Source of the DNA: Bugula neritina | Taxonomy: Eukaryota; Animalia; Bryozoa | Direction of reading: 5' to 3' | DNA length: 64,000 bases | NCBI GenBank assembly: GCA_964035545.1 | Contig: OZ037773.1 | Span: 5,299,751-5,363,750 of the forward strand | In this document: positions 52,391 through 64,000 of the stretch, in pieces | How the letters are laid out: each line of letters begins with the position of its first letter | How positions within the stretch are numbered: the first letter of the stretch is position 1 | Notes under the pieces: model-generated | What the model saw: only the letters and a program-made list of their open reading frames with translations | The model's database searches: none | What the model was told of the DNA's origin: nothing | Position numbers and translations under genes: made by a program

Positions 52391-55300
52391 TAGTCTGGCA
52401 GAAAAACACCAATTTTTGACTTAGGTTCGCAACCCCGGATAAAGTTTTTTTTCTCTTCTGATTATTCAAATAGAGGGTCTAGGTAAGTGTTCCCAGGTGG
52501 GTGTGGACTTCTTACCCTTGAGCATTTTGAGAAATTCAAGATGGCCGCCAGGCACTAGACGATTCTTTATAATTCAAATGTATCTACCCACTGAGGCTAA
52601 ATTTAAGGCTTCAATGCTTTGAAATCTTTAGAAATTGATATAATAAAGATGCATGTACCTTTATCATGTGTATTATTGAATAATAGGCAAATGATACCCA
52701 AGGGTAACTAAGCTAAGCCTTAATCATTCACTTTTTTAAAGTTTACCTTAGCCTTGCCGTGTTTATAATTTCCTTGCATCTCTGCCTATCAGTTTGTTCT
52801 AAATTTATGAAAATTTACTATATATGGGGTGATACTATATGCTGATTACAAATATGTCCAACAAATAAAGCTGAAAGGGGTTCTGCAAAATTGAAATGCA
52901 ACGGCATTGTCATATGAGCTAAATAGCAATTTTTTTCAAATTAGCATCCCTTATCAAAAAAGTGTGTTGAGCTGCCAATTTAATAGTTATTTTTTGTTTT
53001 AAACTTTTAGCTATGTTTTTTAAAGTTAGAAAAAAGGGTGAACAACTTTGATAATACAACACCATAGCTTCTTAAAATAGTTTAATTGCTTTATTATGGA
53101 CACATCGTTTATCTAAATATTGACTTTTTGCTTTCGAAAACTACTTTTACAATCAGCACATTTGACTTTTTCTTTAAACACGTTTGTAAGCAGTTTTTTT
53201 ATGAATGAGAATCTATTTCATGTTGGGGGAAGTAATACATTTATTGGAACAGTGGTTCCCTACCTTTTTTCATACCAATCCCCTTTCATGAACGTTTACT
53301 ATTAATTTCTCCCTCTTAATGACCTATGTTGGGTGCACTGGAACATTAATGATTGAAACTGATTTGGTAAAAGTAGTTAATTATACTTTTGGTGGTTTCC
53401 TCAAAATGCTAAATGGAAAAAGTTTCCCCAGAATGTACGGGCCTGAGAATATTGGTGAGAGAGCTGTTGAAATCAGTCTTTGATAAAAGTGTAATCACTA
53501 GCATGGAGGACCTTGACAAGATGTTGACTAAGATTTCAGAGAGCTGAAAAACAGCAAAAACCGTGGGTCATGTGCTTTATTAGAGCAATTTTTTCCATCA
53601 ACACCCACATCATGGCTGATAGAGAAAGAGACTGGGCCTTATAACTAGCAATGGAAAAGGAAATGTACTTATGTCTGTGTAGCATGAAGGTCATACCACA
53701 AAATGTAAGGATTGAATCCGTGGCTGGTAACCACACAATGCATCATAAACGCAGCCAGCTCGACGGCATCTGGTCGGACATGACCATTGAGGTGACCTTC
53801 GTGAGATTTGGTCACAGCAAGGGGGAATCATTGGCATCACCATTAAAACTGAAACTCTCAAGGTGTGGGTGTACAGCACTTTTGCATGCAACAAGATACA
53901 GTAAGGCCTTAGTGACATGGAGGATGAGTCTGAAATAAATGCTTTCACTACTCATAAGGATGAGATGCAATCAAGAATCCAATCTGATTCAAAGGACAGG
54001 GAATCTGTCAAACGGAAGATTGAACTCTGCAATGACCCGCTCAAAGAATGATGCCACCCAGTTGCTCTTGTCAATATTGAAGCAGATAAGTGCAACTGAG
54101 ATGAGGATGCTTCGAAAAATTTACAATATGAATTGGGAAGACCATGTAACAAATGATAATATAAAGGAGGAGGCCAAAATAAAAGCTATCGCAATAGACA
54201 TGAGGAGGAGACCTCTTCAATGGTATGGACATGTGCGCAGAAGAGATAGGGATGAAGATATTATGATGGTGGCTGAGATGAAGATACAGAAAAAGAGAAG
54301 GGGAGGGGGGCAAAAAAAGGTTAATGGATACAGTGAAGGATGGCATACTGAAATGTGGCTTCTCAGATGAAGATGTTGACAATAGAATCAGATGACACTC
54401 TCTAATAGCACTTGGTGCCCTGCAAAATCGCTACTCATCCTGGACCACAGCGTACTGGGTGAGAAAGTTTGAGACAAAGCCCTATAATGAACAATTTGCT
54501 GCCTTCCCACGGCCTCTCAGAGGCAACAATGTAAAATATTGGAAAGGGAGTCATACTAAATGTCTTGGTAGAAGGAAAGTGTGATTTGGTGACACTAGTG
54601 CTTTTTTCAGGATTACTATTCATATAAGCTACTAGGTTTATACTATGTCGCCACAATTATGCAAAGTGCTCCTCCATAACATCTACAAAACAAAAGGCTT
54701 AGAAAACCAAGGTCAGCAATGCTATTTGCGATGTGCCTTTAGCTTATGTACTTTGCCTGCTACAGATGAAGCTATTGGACAATGTCACCAGAGCACACCT
54801 CCAGGTAGCCATATGAAACTGCGGCATTAAACCCACTAGAACATTGGCGATTTTTTACAATTTAGCTACTCTTGTATATAGATTTTAGCCTCAAACTATT
54901 GAAATTTTAGCAAATAAAACTGAATATTTAAGGCTTTTTCAATTATGCATGATTTTCTTTGCTTTTTCCTAATTTATTAGTACATTGAGATATATTATAT
55001 GAACCATGATGATTCACAAATATATATTTAGCTCCTATGACATGACGCTGCGCTTAAATGTTGCAGGACCTCTTCCCAGTGTTTTTGCTATGCATAGTTA
55101 GAATCAGCAAGTTCTATTACTTTATAATAGTAAGTTTTCATGAATTTTGAGTGAACTTAAAAATTTTTGATCATAATCTGTTGATGTGTGCTAGATAAAG
55201 TAAAATGGCCTAAATTCATTAAATGCTCCTGTGGAAGCCAACAATCATGCAAAACAACGAGATATGGCTGTTCTAGTCCATCTATCCCATGCACAGAGTT

Positions 55301-55915
55301 CTGTCCTTGTGAAGCAGTAACAGGAGTGTGCTGCAATGAACTAACATATCTAACAAATGCTAATGATAAAAAAAATGAGAAAGGTGTTTAATATGAACAT
55401 GAGCGAAAGTTTGTCACATCTGTTTGATTATATATATGTTCCATTTTAATTTTAGCTGAGCAATATGCCTCTATCTTTTTCACTTTTTATTCATTGGCAA
55501 TAACCAATGTTTTTCTTTATATATCGGTCCGAACAATTATTCAAAAACCTTGTATCATTTCTCTGCACTATATGTGATGTTTTATTGAAGCAATTTCGAT
55601 TTTTGAACTTCACAACATGTCTCTTGGCTCTTTACTTTAGTTTTATTTGCACTGGCATGGCAAATATTCATTCCAAAAATGCACATCTATTTAAATCATC
55701 AAAAAAAATTTGTTTTTGAAACATAATATAGACTTTATGCCTACTAGATTACGATTTTTTCATAATTGGCGGCCATCTTGGATTTCTCAAAATGCTCAAG
55801 GGTGGCAGGTCCACACCCACCTGGAAACAGTTACCTGAACCCTCAAAATAAATAATCAAAAGAGAAAAAAACTTTATCCGAGATTGCGAACCTAACCCCC
55901 AGTTCTGCCAGACTA
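52391..55915 (+). mobile_element. Academ-like DNA transposon, decayed (copy 2)
   Basis: Same termini as copy 1, 3 bp TSD AAA, colinear along its whole length except an internal deletion near 54847. Cys-rich remnant KCSCGSQQSCKTTRYGCSSPSIPCTEFCPCEAVTGVCCNE in ORF 55188-55391. Confidence 0.8.
54080..54470 (+). mobile_element. Same RTE-clade LINE fragment nested in Academ-like copy 2
   Basis: ORF 53939-54370 contains EMRMLR...LQWYGHVRRRD. Junctions are the same as in copy 1. Confidence 0.75.
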
Positions 55916-56869
55916 AAACCCGATCTTTACGTTCCTCTTCTCGGCCTCCCCTATACTTGTAGTTTCACTTGACTTAGTAAGTAAGTCATCCATAAATAAA
56001 GTAATAAGACCTAGCTGTCTCCAATTGCTCAGTGCAGCATTGAAATTCTAATTATACCATATCTTATAGTTGCCTGCGATTTGGAAGGTGAGTCAAATAG
56101 CATTTTATTGTGATTTAGTAGAAAGTTGGACATTAGACAAATAATAAACTAAGTAAACTGAAGGCAGCAATTTGGAACCTTTTGTCTAGTAGTTAGTGTT
56201 TATTTTTAATCTCTATAATATATTTAACGTCTTTAAATAGTTAAGTCTCACAAAAAGACAAACAGTGGGTCACTGGACGCAGTTTTCAGTATTTAATTAT
56301 AAAGCTGCAGGATGTAGGCATTCCTAGGTTGTATACATATAGTTTGAGTTTAGTTTTTAAGGGTTTCACTATTGTTGCATTTGTAGTAGAAATATTTTTG
56401 GCTAGCATTGGAATTAACAACTTCATGAGTTCTACATTAATTTTTTGATTATTTGGGTAAAATACAAAGCTCTTCTTATATTACCACTTGGATTACAAGT
56501 GGTAATGGCACTCTATTTAACAGAGTATAACACTAATTTTAGCACCTAAAATGACCAAGGGTTTCTCAGTCTCACAAGGTGAGACACCAAGGAGGCGCTG
56601 TGAAGTTTGAACTTGAATTTCAGGCCAAAAGCATTTTCATAGCAAAGTACATTAGAAAAAGCTTGAATAATTACTCTAAATATGTTTTTATTTCCCAGCA
56701 AGCTAATTTATATCAGATTTGCAAATAGGTTCCAGGTTTGCTAAATCTATAGTTGGACAACTCTTCAATTATTTACAAATAAAATATAACTAGAATTGAA
56801 GCTATATGAAAAAACTACATTTCTACTTAGTTGCAGCTTGTAGCCTGCGACACAAAGTTTCAACCAATC

Positions 56870-56873
<4 letters not shown>

Positions 56874-56936
<63 letters not shown>
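56874..56936. repeat. (TA)n microsatellite
   Basis: Directly visible. Confidence 0.95.
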
Positions 56937-56937
<1 letters not shown>

Positions 56938-57262
56938 CCTTTATATGAAAGTATGTAGTTAACTTGAGAACAAAACTAAGTAGCACCATAGTGTTGGCTG
57001 CGCTGTTTGTCAATAATTCAAGTTACATGTTAACTTTGATGGTTTATTGTACTATAGAGATGGCTTTTAGGATTTAATACTGCTGGTTTATGAAGTAACT
57101 GAAACATAGTAACTTTATTGCACATAGAAATAGGATAGACAACTCCCAATGCACATTTTTTTAATATAATAGACAGTAGTAAGATGGAATCAAACAGAAC
57201 TGATGTCAATATAACGCAAGTCATCACATAGCCAGGTATACCATGGCTAAACTTAATCTCTT

Positions 57263-60200
57263 TCATGATGAGTTCATTGCCATAATTTCAGCCACACCTA
57301 CAAAATCAGGATGTAATTCAGTATATGTAACAACCTAGAACTAGATCTCCCATGTAAACTAAATACTATACACAAGCAGTCAGTAGAGTTGTGTTTACAG
57401 AATATTTCCATTATATTTAGCCAGTCATGCTAGAGGCTGAATAGTTTTCAAAGGGTACCTAACAAAGCTTCTCTTACTGAATTAAAGTATACTAAGTATA
57501 CTCTGATACTTTGTGAACAGAAGACTATATTGTAAGACTATTGAATATCAGACATGCCAAAGAAACTATGAGTTGGAATTATTTGTACATCAATGGAAGA
57601 ATATAAACTGCACTATAAAATATTATGAATATCAACCTTGCAGAATGTATTTTTATATTCTCTTTGCCTTATGCTAAAAGATAAGCTGCTCCTAAACTGA
57701 CCGAAACAGGAGCGAGTCTGTCACACAAGAAGGCACTAATGAGAACAGTTTGAGTTTCCGACAATTTTGTTTGTGTTTATTTCACTTACTATCAAAACTG
57801 ATTTTCTCTGTGATTTTCTTGGTCTTGACCAGCTCCTCTTGGTTTGTGATAAACACAGAATCTCCCTTGTCCTCCCAGCCATACTTGCTGATCCACATCT
57901 TTAGGTCAGCATCTGTTTTAAAACGACAATCTTGCCAGTCAATAAATTTATACAAGAAAACTGAAATTCAAGACAGGCTTTGCTAACTATCTGGCCTAAA
58001 AGAAATATCTTGTGAACAATTTTGAAAATTTATGAATAAAAAGCATTTTGGCAATTTAAATGTCTCAAAAATATACATGTGTGAGAAAAACATGTGTAGA
58101 ATTTTTGCAGGGGAATTCAGAGTATATTGAATGTGTGTAATGTAATGAACAGCCTTAGCAGGAAAATGCTTGGATATATAGATCAATATGTTTTGTGCAT
58201 AGCACATCTTATTGAAAGTTGCTTTCCCTTACATAATTTCACGCATCACCAGGGAAACCCTTGGGGTATTTTAAGGAAGTTCCAAGCTTGAGCAAATGCT
58301 TAAAATACACCAGGTGAGTAACCAGTCAATCAGGTTACCAACTAATCAACGAAATTGGTTAATATAGGAATAATTACTGATATACTTTGCAATGCAAAGA
58401 GTACAAGTTTTTATTTGCTTAAAATTTGTTCAGTTGAAGTAAACATTTCATTAGTGCCATTAGCAAACACCCTGTAAAAGTAGATGAGGTCTATCACCTT
58501 CAAATCCAAATGCTAAACCAAATGCAAGCCAAGTGAAAATTATCTTCGAAAATAAATGGCTTGCAGTGAAATTTGAACTTTGCTGCCAGTAATCTTATCA
58601 TTTATTGGAAAGTCCTACCAATGGGGAACTACAGTAGACAATACACTATTGAATAAATTTGCATTCACCTGTCGTAAGATAACAAGTGTTAAGGGAGTAG
58701 TTTTTAGAGCCATGATTGGAAGAGGTGATTGAGGTGAGTAGCAAATCTATACCATAGCCAAACTTTTTGCTATGGACTAAATTTTAAAAATCAAGCAGTG
58801 GGTGGCCAGATGTTTTCCATGTTATTACTACATTATGTATTTTCAAAGTAATAAACGCAGGCAATAGATAACCTTTCCACTTTCAAACAAAATATGAATT
58901 ATTATAAAATGATACATGGAATTAGGTTTCAGCACTCAAAATGTTTTCGTAGTTTGGTTCCATCTGGGTACATGCGAATTTTATGAATCGACGAAGGTGG
59001 TCTGATGGTTGCTTATATGTTTGATACAGTTCAACTTAGAAAATGAAAGCTTGCATAGATATGTCTGGAGCATTGTACACAGCTAAAGCACTATAGTTGA
59101 GTCACATTAGGATAAAACAGAAATGTAGTATAGTTATGGTCCAAAACTCAAGGGTCATGATTTCCTCTGTAGCTAGTAGGTCACGTAGTTCCATATATAT
59201 GGGAGCTACTGTGACAAGTCAACATGAAGTTTATCTATGACCATGATGCCATATCACAAACTATTCAAGCAATCAAAGGCAATTTTGTGAGCTGAGTCAA
59301 CCTTTTCATTTAACTAAAGTCACTAAAACACTTTGAAAACTCCTGACTCAGCTTGTTGATGTGGTCACAGCAGCACTGAACATCAATGTCTCCCCTTTAT
59401 CTTTTCCATTTACATATTGATAGATGTATGTGACTCAAAAACTGGGTTGCAGCAATTCCTAATTCTATTATAGGCAGCCAAATCTATAATATTGTTGCAA
59501 GCTCCTGTATCAATTAAACTGGAATAATCTTACCCAAAATGGTCACTTCACATTTAGGTATTGCTAATTTTCCCTTTACAGCGAACAACATTTCCTCGCT
59601 CATCTCCTCTACTTTTGCCACTGTATGGTGCTTTGTTGTGCCCAACTTGGCAAAATGTCCTTTCCTGCCACAATCCTTGCAGGTTTTATCCTTTGCTGGA
59701 CAACTATTACTACTCGCCATATGTCCGGTCTTAGAGCACCTGTAGCAAATAGCTTGACTCTTGATATGATTTTCTGAATGCTTAGGTCTTGCTCCACTAT
59801 TTACCCTTCCATTTCTCACGTCTGAAACAGTTCCTGGTGCCTTGTTTAACTTGACACTGTCCATCTTCTCATCAACTTCAACTTGTAGTGCAACATCTAT
59901 CACAGCCTGAAGCTTGGATTGCTCTTCTGCTGTCATAGCAGTTATTCTTTCTCTGATTGTCTTACTTTGCACCCCTATTCTGAATTGTTCAAGCAAATTA
60001 TCATGTAGCACATTTCCAAACTCACATGATCTAGCTTTTGCCCTCAGTCTAGCTACGAAGTCAGTCACGGATTCATTTGGTGATCTCTTGACTTCTCTAA
60101 ACTTCGCCCTCTCAACCATCTTATTTGTCACGGTATAATAGTGTCTCTTCAGCTGCTGTACTAGATTGTCATAGCTGACGTCCTGTGGCATCTCTGGCGA

Positions 60201-62123
60201 TACCAAGTCTGTTAAAGTCTAGTATTGACTTTCTGAAAGTCCCATAATCAGTACATGCTTCTTCAAGTCAGCATCTGTCTTGTGTATGAGAAAATAACTT
60301 TCTAACCTCTGCATATAATGTTTTATCTTCCCACTAAACTGTGGTATGGATCCAGTAGCCATATTAAAGTCCTGAGCTGCCACTATCGTATTATCCTCGT
60401 AGCAAATTGTATGTTGTGTTAGTTGCAGTTATTATATTTATGCTGTAGAGACTACACTTGGTTCAGGGCTAAAAACTATCTCTATATTTGTAAATTTTCA
60501 TCTTATATACACAGAACATGACATCATACAGTTGCCAAACATTATCTGATTCATGCAGTAATAACAGACAACTCTACTGCATGCTGTGAACATTCAACAC
60601 ATAACAAATACTCACACAAATTTTGTGTGATTTTCACGAGTGTGTGGCCAGGCCTTGACTGTAGATTTGGCCAGAACATAATGTATTGTGATGCAGAATT
60701 TTCAGATGTTTACAATAATTATATGGTACTTAGGCTATGCATATCAAATCCATTGAGGTTTCGCCCTCGAAAATTAACACGAGCAAGTGGGCCACATGGA
60801 ATAGACAAGTGGGCCACATTTGACCCATAAAGCATAGTATGGCCATCCTGGCTTATAGTTACATATTAGTTGTGAATATAAATTGTGCACTAGTATAAAG
60901 AATTTTTATGGAAGGTTCCAATACATAGTAATCACCATTTGTAAACTTGGATAACAAAAGAGTAGTATTTATGTTTTTCATTTTTATTCAACCATGATAT
61001 CGAAGGTCACTGCATAACTGCATTACTTACTATCAACAAGTCGGGAAACTTGGTGTTCAGAATGAAACATGAATAGTGGCAGTGGGCAGTTCTTACTTAT
61101 TAAACACAGTCAGAAACAGATATAGTTGAACTAATCTTACTAATCCTAAAACAAAGTTTAGAATTTTTTTATTAAAAATGCTAAAATAGGAACAGATTGA
61201 AGCAGCTGCAGTAGAAGTTTAACTTTATTGGTCGCTTTAGCATAGTGCTGAGGGTCAACTCTGAGCTACACTTACTCTGAACTGAAGAGTATAAATTAAA
61301 TAACTTCAGATCGAAAAGGAAACTTTAGAAAGTAAAATGAGAATTATGCTAACAAAATAATCAGTACTCAATTATAATCAACTATTTGCAGTTCCAAATT
61401 AAAGTTTAACAAGCTGGCATGCTTCCAAAAAACACAAAGATTGGGAGACATATTTTTAATATCGAAAGGTTCAACATCAACACAATATTATATCAAGTAA
61501 TAATTATAATGACCTATAAACTAGAAAGAGAGTTTACTTGAAATGTGAGAGTTGATAGCCAATCAAAGTGCTTCATAGAAAATTAGGTTTGTCCTGTGCA
61601 GAGCAGAAGGCTTCTTGTACACTGGGATAACTTCTTAATACTAATTACAATAAATTTTTTGGACTGATTTATAGGGGTTTTGTTTAATCAAAAATGTACA
61701 TTTATTTGCAGTGATTTTTCTGGTATGAAGTTATACTTTACTCATTCAAGCATTATCTAAATATAAAAAATTGATTCAACTTTAAAAAAGAATAGCCAAA
61801 ACTAAGCTTTGGCTTCAACTCTGAAAATTTTGAAAGGTACACTTTTTTTCACCGACTAGCTATTAGGGAAGTTGTGGATAAAAAATGCGGCATTACCACA
61901 AAATTATTTGAATAACTTACAATCACTTACTATGCAACTTACAACCATTTACTATGCAACTTACAACTACTTACTAAGTACATCAACTTACAACCACTCA
62001 CTAAGTATACCAACTCACAACCACCTACTAAGTACACCAACTTACCAGAGATGTTTCCCAACTGTTCTGAGAGACAATCTTTTTCTATCGTCTGGAAAGA
62101 AATCCCCACTACATGGCATACAA
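57263..62123 (-). CDS. EIF3K: Eukaryotic translation initiation factor 3 subunit K, last three coding exons (5' exons not found; presumably beyond the window end)
   Basis: Exons 62123-62046 (FVCHVVGISFQTIEKDCLSEQLGNIS), 57912-57790 (DADLKMWISKYGWEDKGDSVFITNQEELVKTKKITEKISFD) and 57297-57263 (SVAEIMAMNSS*). Canonical AG/GT sites with phase-1 introns. Matches the eIF3k C-terminus as recalled (FICHVVGITYQ...LKVWMSKYGW...QEESIKPKNIVEKIDFDSVSSIMA). Minus-strand AATAAA near 57114-57119 and 57043-57048. Confidence 0.92.
58970..60606 (-). mobile_element. Decayed Ty3/gypsy (Mag-like) LTR retrotransposon inside an eIF3K intron
   Basis: Putative 5' LTR 60606-60412 (TGTTATG...CACAACA), followed by a degenerate PBS TTGCTACGAGGAT (cf. 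TGGCGACGAGG) and gag from ATG 60362. Frameshifted protease motif IDTGACN near 59510, then heavily deleted pol. The left boundary is approximate and no 3' LTR was recognised. Confidence 0.8.
59514..60362 (-). pseudogene. Retrotransposon gag with two zinc-knuckle motifs and one premature stop
   Basis: MATGSIPQFSGKIKHYMQRLESYF...LIMGLSESQY*TLTDLVSPE...ERAKFREVKRSPNESVTDFVARLRAKARSCEFG...CYRCSKTGHMASSNSCPAKDKTCKDCGRKGHFAK. Confidence 0.85.
61912..62045 (-). repeat. 21-27 bp degenerate tandem repeat of donor-like motifs directly after an eIF3K exon
   Basis: Plus-strand units CAACTTACAACCACTTACTA(AGTAC/TG). The minus strand reads GTAAGT/GTGAGT/GTAGGT about ten times. Confidence 0.8.
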
Positions 62124-63334
62124 CTAAAAATAAATGAAGAGTGAAATAATAGAAATAACAGAAAAAATATCTCTAATGGCAAACTCATATAGTTTATCTA
62201 GTTTTTATACTTTTTGAAAAAAACTGCACCAATTTAATTCTACAAGCTTGGGACGTAGCGTAATCAATTTTCAGATAATCTGGTGAATTTAAAAGAGCAT
62301 CTCTTAAATGGCGTGCAGTAAGCATAGGGTTAGTAGCCTAAAAATCCCATCTTTGCCAATACGATCAGGCTTTTAGATTTGCCCCTTCTTCTTTAGCGTT
62401 TTGCTTAAAGCTTTGTGCAAGATGTGTACACTACTTCTACAGCTAGACATTAAACTAGCTGGTCTAAGAAGGTTAAAATATCTCAAACTGCTCAACCCAT
62501 TGTACTTTGGACTCAGCATAAAAGCATGGCTATTATACTGCTGAGCTAATCGCATGTTAAACAATGTTTTTATAAATTAACTCAGCTAAATGTCTTTATG
62601 GTTCAAATAACTACCTATAAGAATTTCTTTTCAACTACATAACCATAGCACAAAATAAATTTCCATTCCACAAAACTAAATTTAATATCATATTGAAATG
62701 ATTTAACAATTAGATGAAAAGCTATTGTTGTTTTAGTTGGTTTTATATTGTTTGGTTAGAAAGGAAATCAACATAGTTCAAGTCAAGTCAGGAGCATATA
62801 TTTTATACTTGACGCACTGCTAAAACAGTCTCTAAATAACATTTTTAGCAAGATAGCTGTTGAGTGTTAACTTCTACTGTCTTCCAAATCAATTTGGAGT
62901 TTTAACATGATAGATAATTGTGAATTGTTTGCCATAAACTTTAATTACATACAGTTAATTTACCCTCAATGTTTGACAGTATTGATTTTAACACATCAAT
63001 ACTCTTTATTTCAGCCTATAGAGTATTAGTATATAGTATATATTAATCATCATTGATCTTATGCAGCAAGTATTGAATTTCAGTATGGAATACAGGTCAA
63101 CAACAAAACATATACCTGTACTTGTCTACTTGAGCAGGCTGAAGTGTTGAGACGCCCCAACAAATTACCCAAGAGAAGTCAAATGACTATACTGCGCTTT
63201 GATTAGCCACTAAAACAATTCTGAATTAACTCTGTGTCTGATAGAATAGTCCTATAAATGAACATTTCTTAACCTCTGGTTACCGACTCAAACTAACTAT
63301 AAGGCAGCAGTGATAAACCATTGTAACAGCACGA

Positions 63335-63535
63335 CTAGAACTAAACTACTAAAACTAAACTACTAAAACTAAACTACTAGAACTGGACTACTGAACTAAA
63401 CTATTAGAAGTAAACTATTAGGAGTAAACTATTAGAAGTAAACTATTAGAAGTAAACTATTAGAAGTGAACTATTAGAACTTGACTATTAGAACTTGACT
63501 ATTAGAACTTGACTATTAGAACTTGACTATTAGAA
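63335..63535. repeat. 14 bp minisatellite (ACTATTAGAAGTAA / ACTATTAGAACTTG)
   Basis: About 14 tandem units drifting in sequence along the array. Confidence 0.9.
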
Positions 63536-63748
63536 GGAAACATCATAAAATCAGGTTCTAGCACGAAACCTGTCCCAGCAACTGAATTATTTTACACATT
63601 TCAGAAAACTTGAACACGAATGAATTTATGCAAACAGAATTACAAAAACTCAACATTGATATAATATTTTCTCCTATGTATATACATATACATACACATA
63701 CATATATACATATATACACACACACGCATATATATATATATATATCTC

Positions 63749-64000
63749 AGGGTTGTGGTAATTGTAATTGGTTGTAATTAATTACATTTTTTTAAGTAAT
63801 TGACTGTAATTTGTAATTGATGTATAAAAATGTAATTGTAATTAATTACATTGCTAATGTAATTGAATTTTGCTATCACTTTATAATTACATAACAATTA
63901 CTTCAGATTTTTAAGTCTTATATAATTTATATTTTTCCTGCCTTGCCTACTGTTTAATAGTAAGTTTCAGATTAATTTAATGTCGTATTTATCACCCTAT
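63749..64000 (+). mobile_element. Possible hAT-type MITE left end, rich in GTAATT repeats, running off the window
   Basis: Starts CAGGGTTGTGGTAATTG, with reiterated GTAATT(G)/AATTAC subterminal motifs. The right end is not visible. Confidence 0.35.

Noticed and set aside
55188-55391. Cys-rich ORF as metallothionein or toxin
   Set aside because: It is the C-terminal Cys-rich remnant of the decayed transposase and lies inside the TIR-bounded element.

Overview
AT-rich eukaryotic DNA from a metazoan, probably an invertebrate. It has spliceosomal introns, no operons and no CRISPR, and the ORF track is mostly uninformative. Manual splicing gives three genes. Genes A and B are convergent (tail-to-tail) paralogues: A is 4858-13569 (+), 12 exons, ~564 aa; B is 34019-19676 (-), 13 exons, ~731 aa. 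Both encode secreted proteins with a signal peptide, a PAN/Apple-like domain, a Thr-rich mucin stalk (B only) and THREE tandem CTHRC1-type C-terminal domains, with no collagen Gly-X-Y repeat. I do not recognise this architecture and consider it the main candidate novel system. The third gene is the last three coding exons of eIF3 subunit K (-, 62123-57263). The rest is repeats: two copies of a decayed Academ-like DNA transposon carrying the same RTE-LINE fragment, a 2.9 kb element with ~900 bp TIRs between A and B, Harbinger-like MITEs, a decayed Ty3/gypsy element inside an eIF3K intron, and many micro/minisatellites. Three of these satellites sit on, and appear built from, splice sites. All homology calls come from reading motifs by eye; no searches were run.
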